In this document: positions 23,160-35,100 of the stretch, piece by piece
Position numbering within the stretch: position 1 is the stretch's first letter
Layout of the letters: each line of letters begins with the position of its first letter
From: Rhizaria sp. SCN 62-66
Taxonomy: Eukaryota
Reading direction: 5' to 3'
Assembly (NCBI GenBank): GCA_001724265.1
Contig: MEDY01000258.1
Location: 1 to 44,023, forward strand
DNA length: 44,023 bases
Position numbers and translations under genes: made by a program
Notes under the pieces: model-generated
What the model was told of the DNA's origin: nothing
Databases searched by the model: none
The model's input: only the letters and a program-made list of their open reading frames with translations

Positions 23160-23231
23160 TGTACTAGCCGGGGTTTGAACCCGGGGCCTTTCCGTTGCGA
23201 ACGGAACACTCTACCACTGAGCCACTAGCAC
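23160..23231 (-). tRNA. tRNA-Ala(CGC)
   Basis: Cloverleaf GTGCTAG-TG-GCTC-AGTGGTA-GAGT-G-TTCCG-TTCGCAA-CGGAA-AGGCC-CCGGG-TTCAAAC-CCCGG-CTAGTAC-A, with G3:U70, A73 and a downstream TTTT. Confidence 0.93.
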
Positions 23232-23300
23232 GGCTGCTCTTTACAAGCTTCTTGACATTTGATGGGGAAAGGGAGAGGTGCAAAAAAACAAAAAGAAGTG

Positions 23301-23373
23301 TGTAGCTTGGGGGCATTGATCCCCCTGCCCCGCGCATGCTAAGCGCATACTCTACCATCTGAGCTAAAGCCAC
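23301..23373 (-). tRNA. tRNA-Ala(AGC)
   Basis: Cloverleaf GTGGCTT-TA-GCTC-AGATGGTA-GAGT-A-TGCGC-TTAGCAT-GCGCG-GGGCA-GGGGG-ATCAATG-CCCCC-AAGCTAC-A, with G3:U70, A73, the A54-type T loop of eukaryotic tRNA-Ala, and a downstream oligo-T Pol III terminator. Confidence 0.93.
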
Positions 23374-23771
23374 AACGGATTCAACTGCTGTTGCAGTTAT
23401 TTAAAAAGAAAGCGCTACTTGAGCGATTCTGATGCTGAAAAACCAAAATCTATGGTATTATAAGGTTACAATAAGCTGTCAAAAAAGAATGCCTAAGTTC
23501 ATTGAACTAGTGAATTTTGTATTAGGTTGGACTCTTAGATTATACCCACCGCATTTGTAGAGCTCTCATTAACAACGAAAGTCATTGGAGAGAAACTATA
23601 AGCTATGTATTCAGGTTCTACATAAAAAAGATAAAAAAGTCATATTCGTTTCGCGAGGAGTTAACCCATCGCGAAAAGCTAAGTCACAATTGAAAATATC
23701 TGTGTCAATCAATCACAGTGAAAGTCGAAAAGTGCGTTCGGAGCTCAGATAAAGGCGGTATATGTTGAGTT

Positions 23772-26700
23772 TCACTGCTTAGTACCGGCGTTTGTGCCCA
23801 TAGTCGTCACTGCCGCAGGCTTGACAACGCGGAACATAGAGCCAAACGCTCCGGCTGCACCGAGACCAACGAGCTCAGGCTTCTGCAGCGCATTTGCAGT
23901 CGCACTCGCGGTAGTGCTCATGCTAGGCACAGCCGCAGTCGCCGCTACAGGCGCAGGCGCAGTCCGCGTGTTGACTGCTGTAACGTTCACATTGCTTGCA
24001 GTCACAGTATTTGCAGAAACAGCCGGAGCCCTTGATCCTGCAGCGGCAGAACTACTCAAGCCAGTGCTAGCGCTACTGGAGCCGGAGCCAGCACCACTTG
24101 CGCTCGAACTAAAGCTTGAGCTAGAGGGATGAGAACTGGAACTCGCGGGATTCGAGGCGGAGCCAGCGCTGCCAGGCTTCGGCCGCGCAACGATACGGCG
24201 CATCGGTGCGTGACTGCCGCCCGAACCGCCGCTTGAGGTGCTATCAAGGCCTGCAATCGTCGCTGTCGTCGTCGCAGTGCCCGCGGAGCCTGGGCCAGCC
24301 GACCCAGGCTTCACAGCGCCACTGCCACTGCTACTGCTATTGCTGTTGATGCTACTGCTATGACTGTTGTTGCTGAGACCGGCTGCGGAAGAAGCGCTGC
24401 CTGCGCGGCTCCCCATCAACACCGCCCGCGGGCCCGTCGCAGCCGCAGCCCCACTCGCACCACCACTCGCACTGCCACCGTGAACACTCGCACTCGCACT
24501 GGAGCCCGCACTCAAGACGGAGCTGCTTTGCTGTTGGCTTTGCGGTGGCTGGGCTGGGGTGGAGAGGGCGAACTTGGGGGAGCCAGTGGGCGGCGGCGCG
24601 CCCTGCGGCGGGGCAGGCTTGCGGGGCTTCATCGGCGTCGTCCCCGCAACGCCGCCCCCGGTCGCCCCGCCGGCGCCGGCAGCACTGGCACCGGCGCCGC
24701 TGAGGCTGGGACTGGGGCTGCGGTGGCTCGTGCCGCCGGTGCTCGCAGTGGAGACGGAGGGGCGTGAGCGCACGACGGCTGCAGGCGCGTTCGCGTCAGC
24801 GTTGTTGTTTGCAGTTGGGGCGCTGGCGCTGGCGTTGGCGTTCGCGCTGGGTGTAGAGAGACGGAGTCGAGCTGATGGAGCACGAGCAGCGGCAGGCGCA
24901 GCACTGGTCGCCGGAGCGCTAATCAACGCAGAATTGACTGAGGTCGCAGTCGCTGTTGCTGTTGCTGTTGCATTTGGAGCAGCGGAGTTTGATGGGCGTG
25001 CAAGAGAGACGACACGAGGCGTGGTCACGCTTCCAGGCGTGGCACTTACAGTTGCACTTAGACCACCGGGGGTACTTACATTCAAGCCAACACCGAGATG
25101 ACGCGCAGCGTTATCCAAGTCACCGTAAGCATTGCTGGTGTTATTGCTGAGAGGACTCATCACGTTGCTGCTGCGGCCGTATGCACCGTACTTGTCACTG
25201 CTCACAGTCACTCCCTTAGAGACGACCACCGCCTCAGTCTCAGCTTCAGCGTCGGCGTCATTGTCAGAAGGAGGCTCAGACTCGGGCTCAGGCTCATACA
25301 CGAGTTTAATCGTTGCACCAGTCCTCGTCGTCATCACAAAATCACTATTACCGTTATCACTGTCAATATCAGTCCTGTTTGCGTCGTTAACGCCAGCGAC
25401 AGTGCTGAGACTCATGCCCCACCCAGCGCCAACAGAACTCGTCTTGACTGCGTTTCGACCGTGACTCGCGCTGCTGCTGCTGCTGGACTTGCTTGAGCCG
25501 CGCATATTAGAAGCAGACGTTTGACCGCTTGACTCTGCAAGAGAGCCAACCAACCGCCCTCCAGCTCCGGAGCCAGTATTAGAGCTAAAGCTAGAGCTAG
25601 AGCCAGTTCCGAGAAGCTCAGCCAAGGCGGCCTCACCAGCTGCGTCATCGTCATCGTCAGAGTCATGATTCTGATACTTAGAGCCATAGTAGCCATGTTT
25701 CGCGGCGGAACTAGCTTTACCGGCGGTGGCGGCGGCGTTAATGCGCTGTTTCGCGCGCTCAGCGCGGCGTTTCGCGCCGCCAACGCCGTCGTCGCCGTCG
25801 CTTTCGCTGCTCTCTGACCCATGATATCCCGGCTTCTTGTTCGTAAGCTTCGCAGAGTTCTTACCAGCGTCACTCTTGCCGTTACCATTGTTGCTGAGGC
25901 TGGAAGGAAGGGCGCCGCCGGACATTGCGAGCACAAACGCCTCCGCAACGGGGTCACCCTTGGCTTGTTCCCACAGCCGCCGGACCTCCGCCTCCGCCTC
26001 CGTCTCCGCTTCACCTTGCTGCTGCTGCTGCTGGTTGTTCAGACGCGCGGCGGCGGCGGCGGCGGTACGCGCGCGGGCGTGCGCGGCGGTGTTCGTAATA
26101 GCGGCTTCACGGGACAGCAGTTCGGCCAGCTTGAGCAAACCAGAGTGTGGTGCAGCGAAAGCAGGGTCAGTGACTGTGGTGAGAGCGGTAACAGCGCGAG
26201 AGTTGGGGTTCGAGTTGGGGAGAGTGCGAGGAAAGGCGGCGGCCCATACTGAGCCGGCGGGGGGCTGCGGCGGCATCACTAGCCCCGCACTCACACTCTC
26301 ACCCTTAGAGCCAGTGACAGCAGAGGCAGCAGTGGCAGAGGCAGAGCTTGCGCTAATACCGGTCTTCGTACTCTTGCTTGACAGTGAAGAGCACAACGGG
26401 GCCGGCGCGAGGATAAGTCGCGAGATCAACGGCTCGACACTGCCGTTGTTACCGTAATCCCCGGTCAAATTAGCGTCCAACGCAGCCTCCGCCTCCGAGT
26501 CAGCGCCAGAGTCGTCAGATTCAGCGCCAGCGTCTGCGTCAGAGTCAGAGTGATCGATCCCCGTGCCCGCGGCCGCCGGCCCCAGCGCGGAGGCCAGCGC
26601 GCGCCGTCGCCGCCGCAGCAGCTGCTTGCGCGCGGCGCGCCTGGCCGCGGCGGCCGCGGCGGCCGCGGCGGCGGCGACGACGCGGCCAGCCCACTCGCCG

Positions 26701-29700
26701 CTGACACACGAGGCCCTGGTACTTACACGCGACGCGGGGGTACTTAGAGCGGCGTTACTTGCGTTCGCGCTGTTATTGTTGTTAGCGGTGGTTTTGAGGA
26801 GTGCGAGGAAAGGCTGCGGCAGAGAGTGTAAGTACGAGGGCGATAAAGCAGCAGCAGCCGGCAGCCACTCGTACCGCGACTGCAATACCGACATTAACAA
26901 CAAAGTGTCGGCGTCACTCGCGTCCGCGTTATAATTGTTCTTGCCGTTTTGGCTCTGTGCAGTCTGTGTAGCAAGTGACTGTGTAAGTGACTGTGAGAGG
27001 GTGACCGTGCGCGGGTGAGCCCGGTCAGCCAGGTACCCCGCTAGTTTCGCAGCCGCGGTCGCACTGAGAGCGCTGGTACTTACACTCGCGGCGGGGACGG
27101 AAGTTAAGCCGCCGACCGCGATCAGAGGGAAAAACACACTGGTAATGCCGCTCGTGTTGGTATTCGAGTTCGTTATCTGCGGCAGTGACTGTGTAGCGCG
27201 GACACGTGCCTGAATGTAAGCCGCCATGTGTTCCGCCGCCGCCAGCGAGAGCCCACAGTCAGTGAGATCAAGCACAGACAGTGCCGAGAAAACGCCAGTC
27301 GCAGCCACCGTATGACTCTGACTGGTGTAGTCACTGTTGTCGTAGTTGTTATTATCGAAGGGCGGCGGAGGCAGAGTGACTGCGAGCACGGTCGCGGCAC
27401 ATACAATAGCTGGGTCTTCGGTGAAACCAGCGCTGTTATTGTTGTTATTGTTGCCATCAGAGTCGTTGCCGTCGTAGTAATAGCTGTCATCATCATCGTC
27501 ATCATAGTCTTCGTCGTCGTCGTCGTTGTCGCCAGCGTGCGTGTTGTCAGAGACACTGTTGTTGTTGCTGTTGTTAGAGTTCGAGCTTAAAGCAAGGGCG
27601 GAGCGGAGAACGATAGGGGCCGCAGCAGTCGCAGTCAGTGACGCCACACTCAGCCTATGAAAACGCAGTAAGAAAGTGCGTTAGGAGCGCGAACAAAATA
27701 AATGGATAAAGTAGAATTCAAAAGTGAGATAAACGTGGATTTAACAATGTTTCAAGTTGTTTTTGGGAAGTTATAGAGAATATACGCCTGACTTATACAC
27801 CCGGTCGCAATCGCTTTGGCGAGCGGATACCATTCAGTGGCGAAAGAAAAGAAACAGCCTTTTGCTAAACAAAGTAGTTTCTGACAAAACTACTGTTGCA
27901 AAATAGTAAAGGTGTTTTCACAACATCAATCAAGTTTAGTTCATTTCGTGTGTGACGATTTAGCATGATAGAGTGAGATTTGATTTCATTTTTGAGATTT
28001 GATAGTGCGTACCTGCGGCCGTCATTCGTGGCCGAGGCCAGCTCCGCCAGAGCCCAGGTCACCAGTGACCTCAGCAGGGAATGCCGCGCCCTCACTGCAG
28101 CCACACTCTCAACACAACCACTCGCAGCTGCAGCAGCAGCACTGGCGCTAGCCGCAGCAGGAGAGCTAGACTGCTGGCCCGTGCTCGAAGGGTTGTTGTT
28201 CGTGCTTTCCCAGTCAAATTGGAACGACATAGGCACTCCTTGCGCAATCAACATCTCCTTCAGGCGGTCTTCTCCCCCCTTAGACTGGGAATCTCCCCCC
28301 TTAGATTGCAGCGACTCTGCAGTGTTTGTGGTCAAAAGCGCCCCCAGCGAGTCTTCGTCACGCTTTAACGCACTAATGCGGGCCAAAACGGCGTCCAACC
28401 CTTCCTTTTCGCCGTTATTATTCGCGCCATCCGCGCTTTTTTCGGTCCCGTACAGCGCCGCTTTCACGGCGTTCGGATCCGCCGCCGCAGCCGCCTCGGC
28501 CGCCGCTTCCCGTTGCCGCTGCAACTCTTGCTGTTGCCGCAGGAGCCGCTGCCGGCGTGCTCCTGTCGCTGTGGTGAGGTCTGTGGCGTCGGTGTCGAGC
28601 TCGGGGTGCGCGAGGGTCAGCCAGGAACTAAGTATCCCCTTAGAGCTCGGATGCGCAGCTGTTGCACCGGAAACAGAGCCATCTGCGCTACCGTTGCCGT
28701 TACCGTTGTTGTTGTTGTTTGCGCTAGAGTTGGCGTTAGAGAGCGAGGCGGGGGCTGGAGTGAGCATGTAGCTGTTGTGTGTCAGTGAAATGACAGAAAG
28801 CGCAGTCATTGGAGGCACTGGGGCTGCGGTAGACGCGATTAAACCGCACAAGGGACTCCACAGCTGCTGCTGCTGCTGCGGCTGCTGAGGTCGCTGCGAC
28901 TGCTGCTGTTGCGCTGCTCCTGCTGCAGTCGACGTTGCCGCAGTTGTGGAGATGGGTGTCGCTGTTGCAGTAGACGTTGTTGCCGTCGTTGTTGTTTTGG
29001 GTGGATGCGGCGAGAGTGCAGCCGCAAACAGCTGCGACGTTTTCGCGTTGGGCCACGGCAGGTTCGCCAGCACTTCCGGCACCGTCCCGAGCGCGCTGGC
29101 GGCCGCAGCGAAGGCTCCCAGACACTGGCGATCGCCGTCACCGACAGGGTGAGTGTGGCCACTGCCTTGCTCGATGTCAGGACCAGTGACGGTGCGAATG
29201 TAGCGCTGCTGTTGCGCAAGCATAAGGGCCAGCGCAGGCGCAAGCAACGGCACAAGAGTAGCCACAGCAGCCGCGTCGCCGCCACCACCGCCGCCAAGGC
29301 TCCTACCATTGCTGTTGCCGACAGCAAAGCCGCTCTGCATGCCCATGGCACTTAGACTAGAGGTACTTAGATGGCAAACCCACTCCCAGTGGTTCTGCGC
29401 GTGCGCCGGCAGCAGCGCGGGCAGTCTAGCCCAGAAGTTAGGCCGCCTCGGCGTCGCTAGTTGCGGCAATTGCGGCGCAGGCGCGTCAGACAACACCGAC
29501 TGCATGAGCGCTGCGGACAGTGACCCTCCGGCGACGAGTGTGTCGAGCACGTGAAACGCGGCGGCGGGGCCCAGCGCGTTGTGGCTAAGGTCCAAGTGCG
29601 TGAGCGTCTTGGCGGCCGGCGATAGTAACAAGGCGGGGACGACTGTGCGCATGAGGGCGGCGTCGGTTAAGCCGCAGTACGCAAGTGAAAGCCGCGTGAG

Positions 29701-30102
29701 TCCACGCAAGGAAAGCGCAGAAGAGAGCGGCCGTAGTGACAGCACGGGCTTCACAGTAGAGTGAGGCTGAGGATGAGGCTTGGGGAGAGAAGCGTTCGAG
29801 GTGGGATCTGAGGGCTCTGCGATGCAAATCAAGGCGTCGCGTGTGAAACGCGCTGCGAGGGCCTCGAGACGTGCTTTTGACGCCGCAGCAATAGCAGACA
29901 CAACATGAGTTGTCACAGATACAGCAGCAGCAGCATGGGCGGCAGCAACGGGAGCAGATGCCTTATTCTGCTGCTGTTGCTGTTGCTGCGGTTGCATGAG
30001 TGTGAAGGGGAGAGACGCGGTGTCGGCGTGGTCGCTGTCATCGTCGTCGCTGGAAGACGCAAAGTCATCGGTGTTGCCGCCCCACTGGCGCCGGCCTAGC
30101 AT
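23772..30102 (-). CDS. Large low-complexity protein with scattered ribonuclease-inhibitor-type leucine-rich repeats, join(30102..28013,27654..23772), ~1,990 aa
   Basis: LRR units LTRLSLAYCGLTD, LTHLDLSHNALG, LSVISLTHN and LSVLDLTDCGLS. An in-frame TGA lies just upstream of the ATG. Ends in TGA. Confidence 0.75.
27655..28012 (-). other. Spliceosomal intron (358 nt) in the LRR gene
   Basis: CAG|GTACGC...TTTCATAG|G, AT-rich. The phase-2 join keeps the frame. Confidence 0.8.
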
Positions 30103-30702
30103 ATGCTATCAGTCGTCGGGAATGGAACAGAGAGCCTGGCTTCGTGGCGAAAAGGGATTGATAGATGGCAAAACGAGCTGTTGTTGAGGTCGTTTCAGAG
30201 AGGCAGGGCCTATACTTTAGTAAAAATAAAGTTTAAATATAGAATCAGCAAGAGTGAAAACGTGAGAAATCGCTTCGATATGTGCTATTAACGATGTATA
30301 TAAGCCATGCTGAACATCGTTTTGAAACCCTCACTTCAAATTTCGATCGATGCTCTGGCAGTTCCCAAAAATCGGCGGAGGGCTGGTGCGGTCGATCGAC
30401 GATCCGTCCGACCACAAACGGATCTCGACGCTGCAGCGGACAGCACCGGCTCACAGTCACTTTCGTTCATGGCTTGACTGGAGTTGAACCAGATTCGACA
30501 GGCAAGCATATCGAGATGGACTGAGCGTTTCAGGTGGGTAAGATTCATTTTCTAGTTTTTTACATTGCTCACCAGAACTTTGATTTTGTTTTCACGTCTT
30601 GGAAACGCAGGTTTATAGGAGCAAAGCTGCCGAATCGGACTCCCGTCTTTCCCTGTTGGCTTCTCACTCAGTCTCCCCTTCTCCGGGCGCGCGTTTCCGA
30701 CG
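30103..30702. promoter_or_regulatory. Divergent intergenic region between the LRR gene and SIN3
   Basis: 600 bp between head-to-head start codons. No specific element was identified. Confidence 0.4.
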
Positions 30703-32127
30703 ATGAGCGGGCTGCACGACGCCTTCGGCGTGCCTCCCGAGGACAACAGCAACCAGGAGTACTTGGAAAAGGTCCGCTTCCACTTCGCGGACCGTCCAGA
30801 GCTTTTTAATGCCTTTATTGACATCATGCAGCACTACCGCACCGGAACGTACGTCTTCCCGCCTTCCCTACTTCTACACTCTCTCTGAGCACCGTAATGA
30901 GCTTCATTTTTTACAAAACTTCTCCCTCACTTAATATGCTCCGAATCACTATACTTGTCTTGTTTTTTTGGCTTCCGCTCTTTATCTCCTCGCGCTACAC
31001 TATTCCTGCGTCATCACCTCACACTTGCTCTCCACCTGCTCGTCCGACTCTGCCTCTCCCCTTGTCACCTGCACCCCCCTCCACTCTTCACCTTCTGCTC
31101 AGCATGGACATCCGCCGCCTGGCGGCCGAGATTAAGTCCCTATTTTCCGGCTTCCCCGACCTCATCCACGAGTTCAACCGCTTCCTGCCCCCCGGCACCT
31201 CAATCGCTGCGCTCTGCCCTGACAACGCCAACGACTTCTCACTCAACGCCGCCGCCGCCGCCGCTTCCGCCGGCATCGGCACCGTCCCGTTCTCCGCGGC
31301 CTCGGTCTTCCCTAACGCGGGCGGCGGCGCGGCGCCAGTGGACTCGCATGCCAACAACTACTTACTCCGCATCCGCGAACGCTTCGCCCACCAGCCCGCG
31401 CTCTACGACGAGTTTCTCCTCATTCTACAGGACTTCCAAAACCACCGCATCGTGAGCGACGTGTACCCGCGCGTCCAGCAGCTTTTCCATGGCCACCCCG
31501 ACTTGCTGGAGCAGTTTGACTACTTCTTGCCCCTCGATAACCTGGGCGGCGGCGCCGGCGCTCAACACCAGCAGCACCAGCAGCACTTTTATCAGCAATA
31601 CCAGGCTCCCGCTGCCGCCGCTGCCGCCGCTGCCGCCGCCGCGGCCGCCGCGGCCGCGGCCGCGGGCGCCCCCGGCTACCACGCCGGCGGCCCGTACTCG
31701 TATCCCGCAGCAGCCTTCGCACAGGTACGCCACCCACTTACACCCACTTACACCCACTTACACTTAACCAACGCCCAGTCCGCGAGTGAAAAGCAAAATA
31801 TTTTCCTCAAACGGAGGAGTTGAAGGCGTGTATGAACTTGAATCCGCAATATCTTTTATGTTCAATTCACATAATACTATAATTTAATATCAACAAACTC
31901 ACATGAACACAATATACTGTTTGTTTTTGCGAACGAACGCAGGGTCCGTCCGGCGCTGGCACCGGCACCGGCGCCGCGAAACGCCGCCGCGGCCGCTTGC
32001 CCGCGGCCGACCGGGTTCATGCCGCGAACGCCGCGGCCGCCGCGGCGCAATCCGCGGCCTTCACGGCCGCGAACGCCGCGAACGCCGCCGCCGCCGCCGC
32101 GAACCACGAGTTTGGCGGGTATGGCCT

Positions 32128-32165
<38 letters not shown>

Positions 32166-35100
32166 TTGGCGGCGGGAATATCTACGATGGCAACAGCGCG
32201 GGCATTTACGGTGCTGGTAACAACAACAACAACAACAGCAACGTGAACTTCAACGCCAATACCACCGGCTTCGGCGGTGCTGCTGCGAACGGCGCAGGGA
32301 ACCCTAATGCAAACGCCTTCTTCTCCGGGTTTCCCCCCAACGTCATCCCGTTTCCCGCCGCGGGCCCCGCCGCATCTCTGGGCCAGTCGCTCGGCCTGTT
32401 ACCGTATCAACCGCTGATGGACAACCCTGCTCTGCGCCACGTGTTGCTGCCCGCCAACTGCGGCACCATCGGCGGCGCGTCCTCCGCCTCGGCCTCGGCC
32501 GCCGCCTTGGCCTCGGCCGCCGCGGCCGCTGTGACGGCCTCGGTCTCAGCCGGCAGCGGCGAGGCCACAGTGGCCGCTCTCGAGGGGCTCAAGCTGCGCG
32601 CGAGTCCGCTGCAGTGGTCGCATACACTGAAGCTGCTGAATCTGTTCACACTGGGCGTGGTCACGCGTCCGGAACTCGCGACTATGCTCGAGGACGTGTA
32701 CTCCACGTCGCCCGCCGAGACGGCGCGCGTGCTCGCGACCCTTGCGTACGACGACACCACGGAACGCGAGCGGCTCGCAGAGCGGCATAAGAACTACTAC
32801 GCGTTCCTCGCTCAAGGAGACTACTCGCGGTGCAAGGTCGTCACGAAGAGCTACCGCGAGCTCCCCGCCCCCTTACTACCGCTGCTGCCGCCGGCCTCGG
32901 GCCGCACCGCCACGCCCGCGCTCGCCGCGCTATGCTCCGAAGTGCTCAACGACACGTGCGTGGCGCTCTCAAGCGGCTCGGAGGATTACTCCTCGTTCAA
33001 GGCCACGCGCAAGAACGTCTACGAAGAGAATCTGTTCCAGTGCGAGGACGAGCGGTACGAGCTCGACATGCTCATTGACACCAATGCACTGGCCATCCGC
33101 TCCCTGGAAACGATTCTGGCGCATCTCACCGCGCTGCCCCCCGCGCAGGCCGCCGTGATGCACCTCGCCGACCCCCTCTCGCCTGTCGCGGCCCGCGCGA
33201 TCCAGCGCGCGTACGGCGCCGCGGGCCCCGAAGCGCTCGCGCGGCTGGAGCGGCAGCCCTGGGCCGCGGCGCCGGTGCTGCTGGCGCGGCTGCGGAGCAA
33301 GGACGGCGACTGGCGGCGCGCGCGCGGCGAGATGCGCGGTGCGTGGCGCAAGGTGTGCGAGCAGTCGTACCCGCGGTCGCTCGATCACCGCTCCTTCTCG
33401 TTCAAGCAGGAGGACAAGCGTGCCCGGGCGCCTAAGGCGCTGCTGCTGGAGCTCCGCAATGCCGCGCAGCAGGCGTTGGCCGGCGGCGCGCTGCTGCTCG
33501 GTCCCCCGGCCACTGGTGTCGGCGCGGCGGTGACGGAGCCTGACCCGGCCATCGCTGCGCTGTCTGCGCTCGGCCTCACCAGCTGCAGTGCAAACGCGGA
33601 CTCGAGCTCTAGCTCTAGCTCCAGCGCGAGTGCGAGCGCGAGTGCGGCTGAAGGGGAGACTATTGACCGTAAGGATGAGAACGACATGCTGTCCCCTCTC
33701 GCGAACGCCACGACTGGTGCGAGCGCGATCATGGCCGACGGGTGCGAGACCTTCGCCGCTGTTAGCGGCAGCAGCACTGGCAGCGGCGGTGGCGGCAGCG
33801 GCGGCGGTGGTGGCGGGAAGCAGATGTTCACCACAGTGCGTGCTCCGTTCTACTCGTACCCTCTGCACTACTCGCTCGCGGCGAAAGGCGCGCACGTGCT
33901 GCTGTACAAGGTTCTCGTGGCGGCGGCGCGCGCGCAGGGCGGCAAAGGCGATGCCGCCGCGCTCCAGGGGTTTTACAAGGCGTTTATGACGCAGTTCCTC
34001 GATCTCCCACCCGAGGTTCTCGCTGAGTGCACGAACAACAGCAACCTCAGCGCCAGCTCTAATAACGCGGCCAGTGCTAGTAGTGCGAGTGCGAGCGTGA
34101 CTGAGAGCGCTAGCAGTAGTATAGGCGCTGATGTTAAGAAGGAAGAGAACGATGGCAAGTCCACCTCTGCTAGCTCGAGCTCGGGCTCGAGCTCGAGTAA
34201 GGGCGCATCTCTCAAGCCCTCCGCTGCCAGCACCATGACTGACGACGCTGACACTACCAGCAACACAAGCAACATCAACGACAACGACGCCGACGCCGAC
34301 GCTGAGGCCGAGGCCGACGCCGACGGCGAAAACAACGCCAACAATAGCAACAGCGCCAACGCTAACGACGGCGACGAGTCCTCCGCCTCCGCCGCCGCCA
34401 CCAGCGCCGGCGGTAGCTCCGGGGGCCGCGGCGGGCGCGGTGGCCGCGGCGGTGGCGGCGCGCGCGGCGGCCGGCGCGGTGGCCGCGGAGCCAACACCGC
34501 CGCCGCGACAGCCGCCAACAGCGCGCGGGCCCAGCGCGGCCGCGCCGCCGCCGCTGCTGCCGCCACCGCCGCCACGGTCGCCTCTAGTGCGAGTGCAAGT
34601 GGCAGAGGCGGCGGGCGCCGTGGCGTGGCGGGGGGCTCTGGCGCGGTGTCGGGCGCTGACGAGGACGATAGCGCGAATGAGGCCGACTCTGACGCGGAGA
34701 ACAACAACACTAGTAGCAGCAGCAGTGCTCGCAACAACAGCAACAACAACAACAGCGCTCACTCGAGCGGCAGTGGCAACGCTACTAATCACAACAACAA
34801 CAACAACACATCTGCCGAATCTAGCGACACTGAGTCAGACTCAGACTCCCCATCTGCGTCCCCCTCATCCTCCTCGTCCTCATCCTCCGACGACGATGAC
34901 GATGCCGACGGCGACAACGACGGCGACGGCGAGAGCAGCGCCCGCCCCGCCGCCCCGCGCGGCGGCCTCAAGCTCAAGGGCGGCTTTCGCCGCGGCGCCG
35001 GCAAGGGGTTCAAGGGCAACCTCAAGCACGCGCCCGCAGCGCAGGCCTCCGCGCTCTCCGCGGGCCCCCTCGCGGCAGTTCTCGCGGCCGTCCGCGCGCT

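Noticed and set aside
23160-23373. Possible UAG-suppressor tRNA near the TAG-containing gene
   Set aside because: The anticodons are clearly CGC and AGC with Ala identity elements. No CUA-anticodon tRNA was seen in the window.
23649-23676. Inverted repeat TTTCGCGA...TCGCGAAA downstream of the LRR gene
   Set aside because: It is a single 8-bp stem with no second copy or target-site duplication, which is plausible by chance.
27655-27657. TAG immediately upstream of ORF 23772..27647 as another read-through codon
   Set aside because: It is the 3' splice acceptor (TTTCATAG) of an AT-rich intron and is not in the coding frame.
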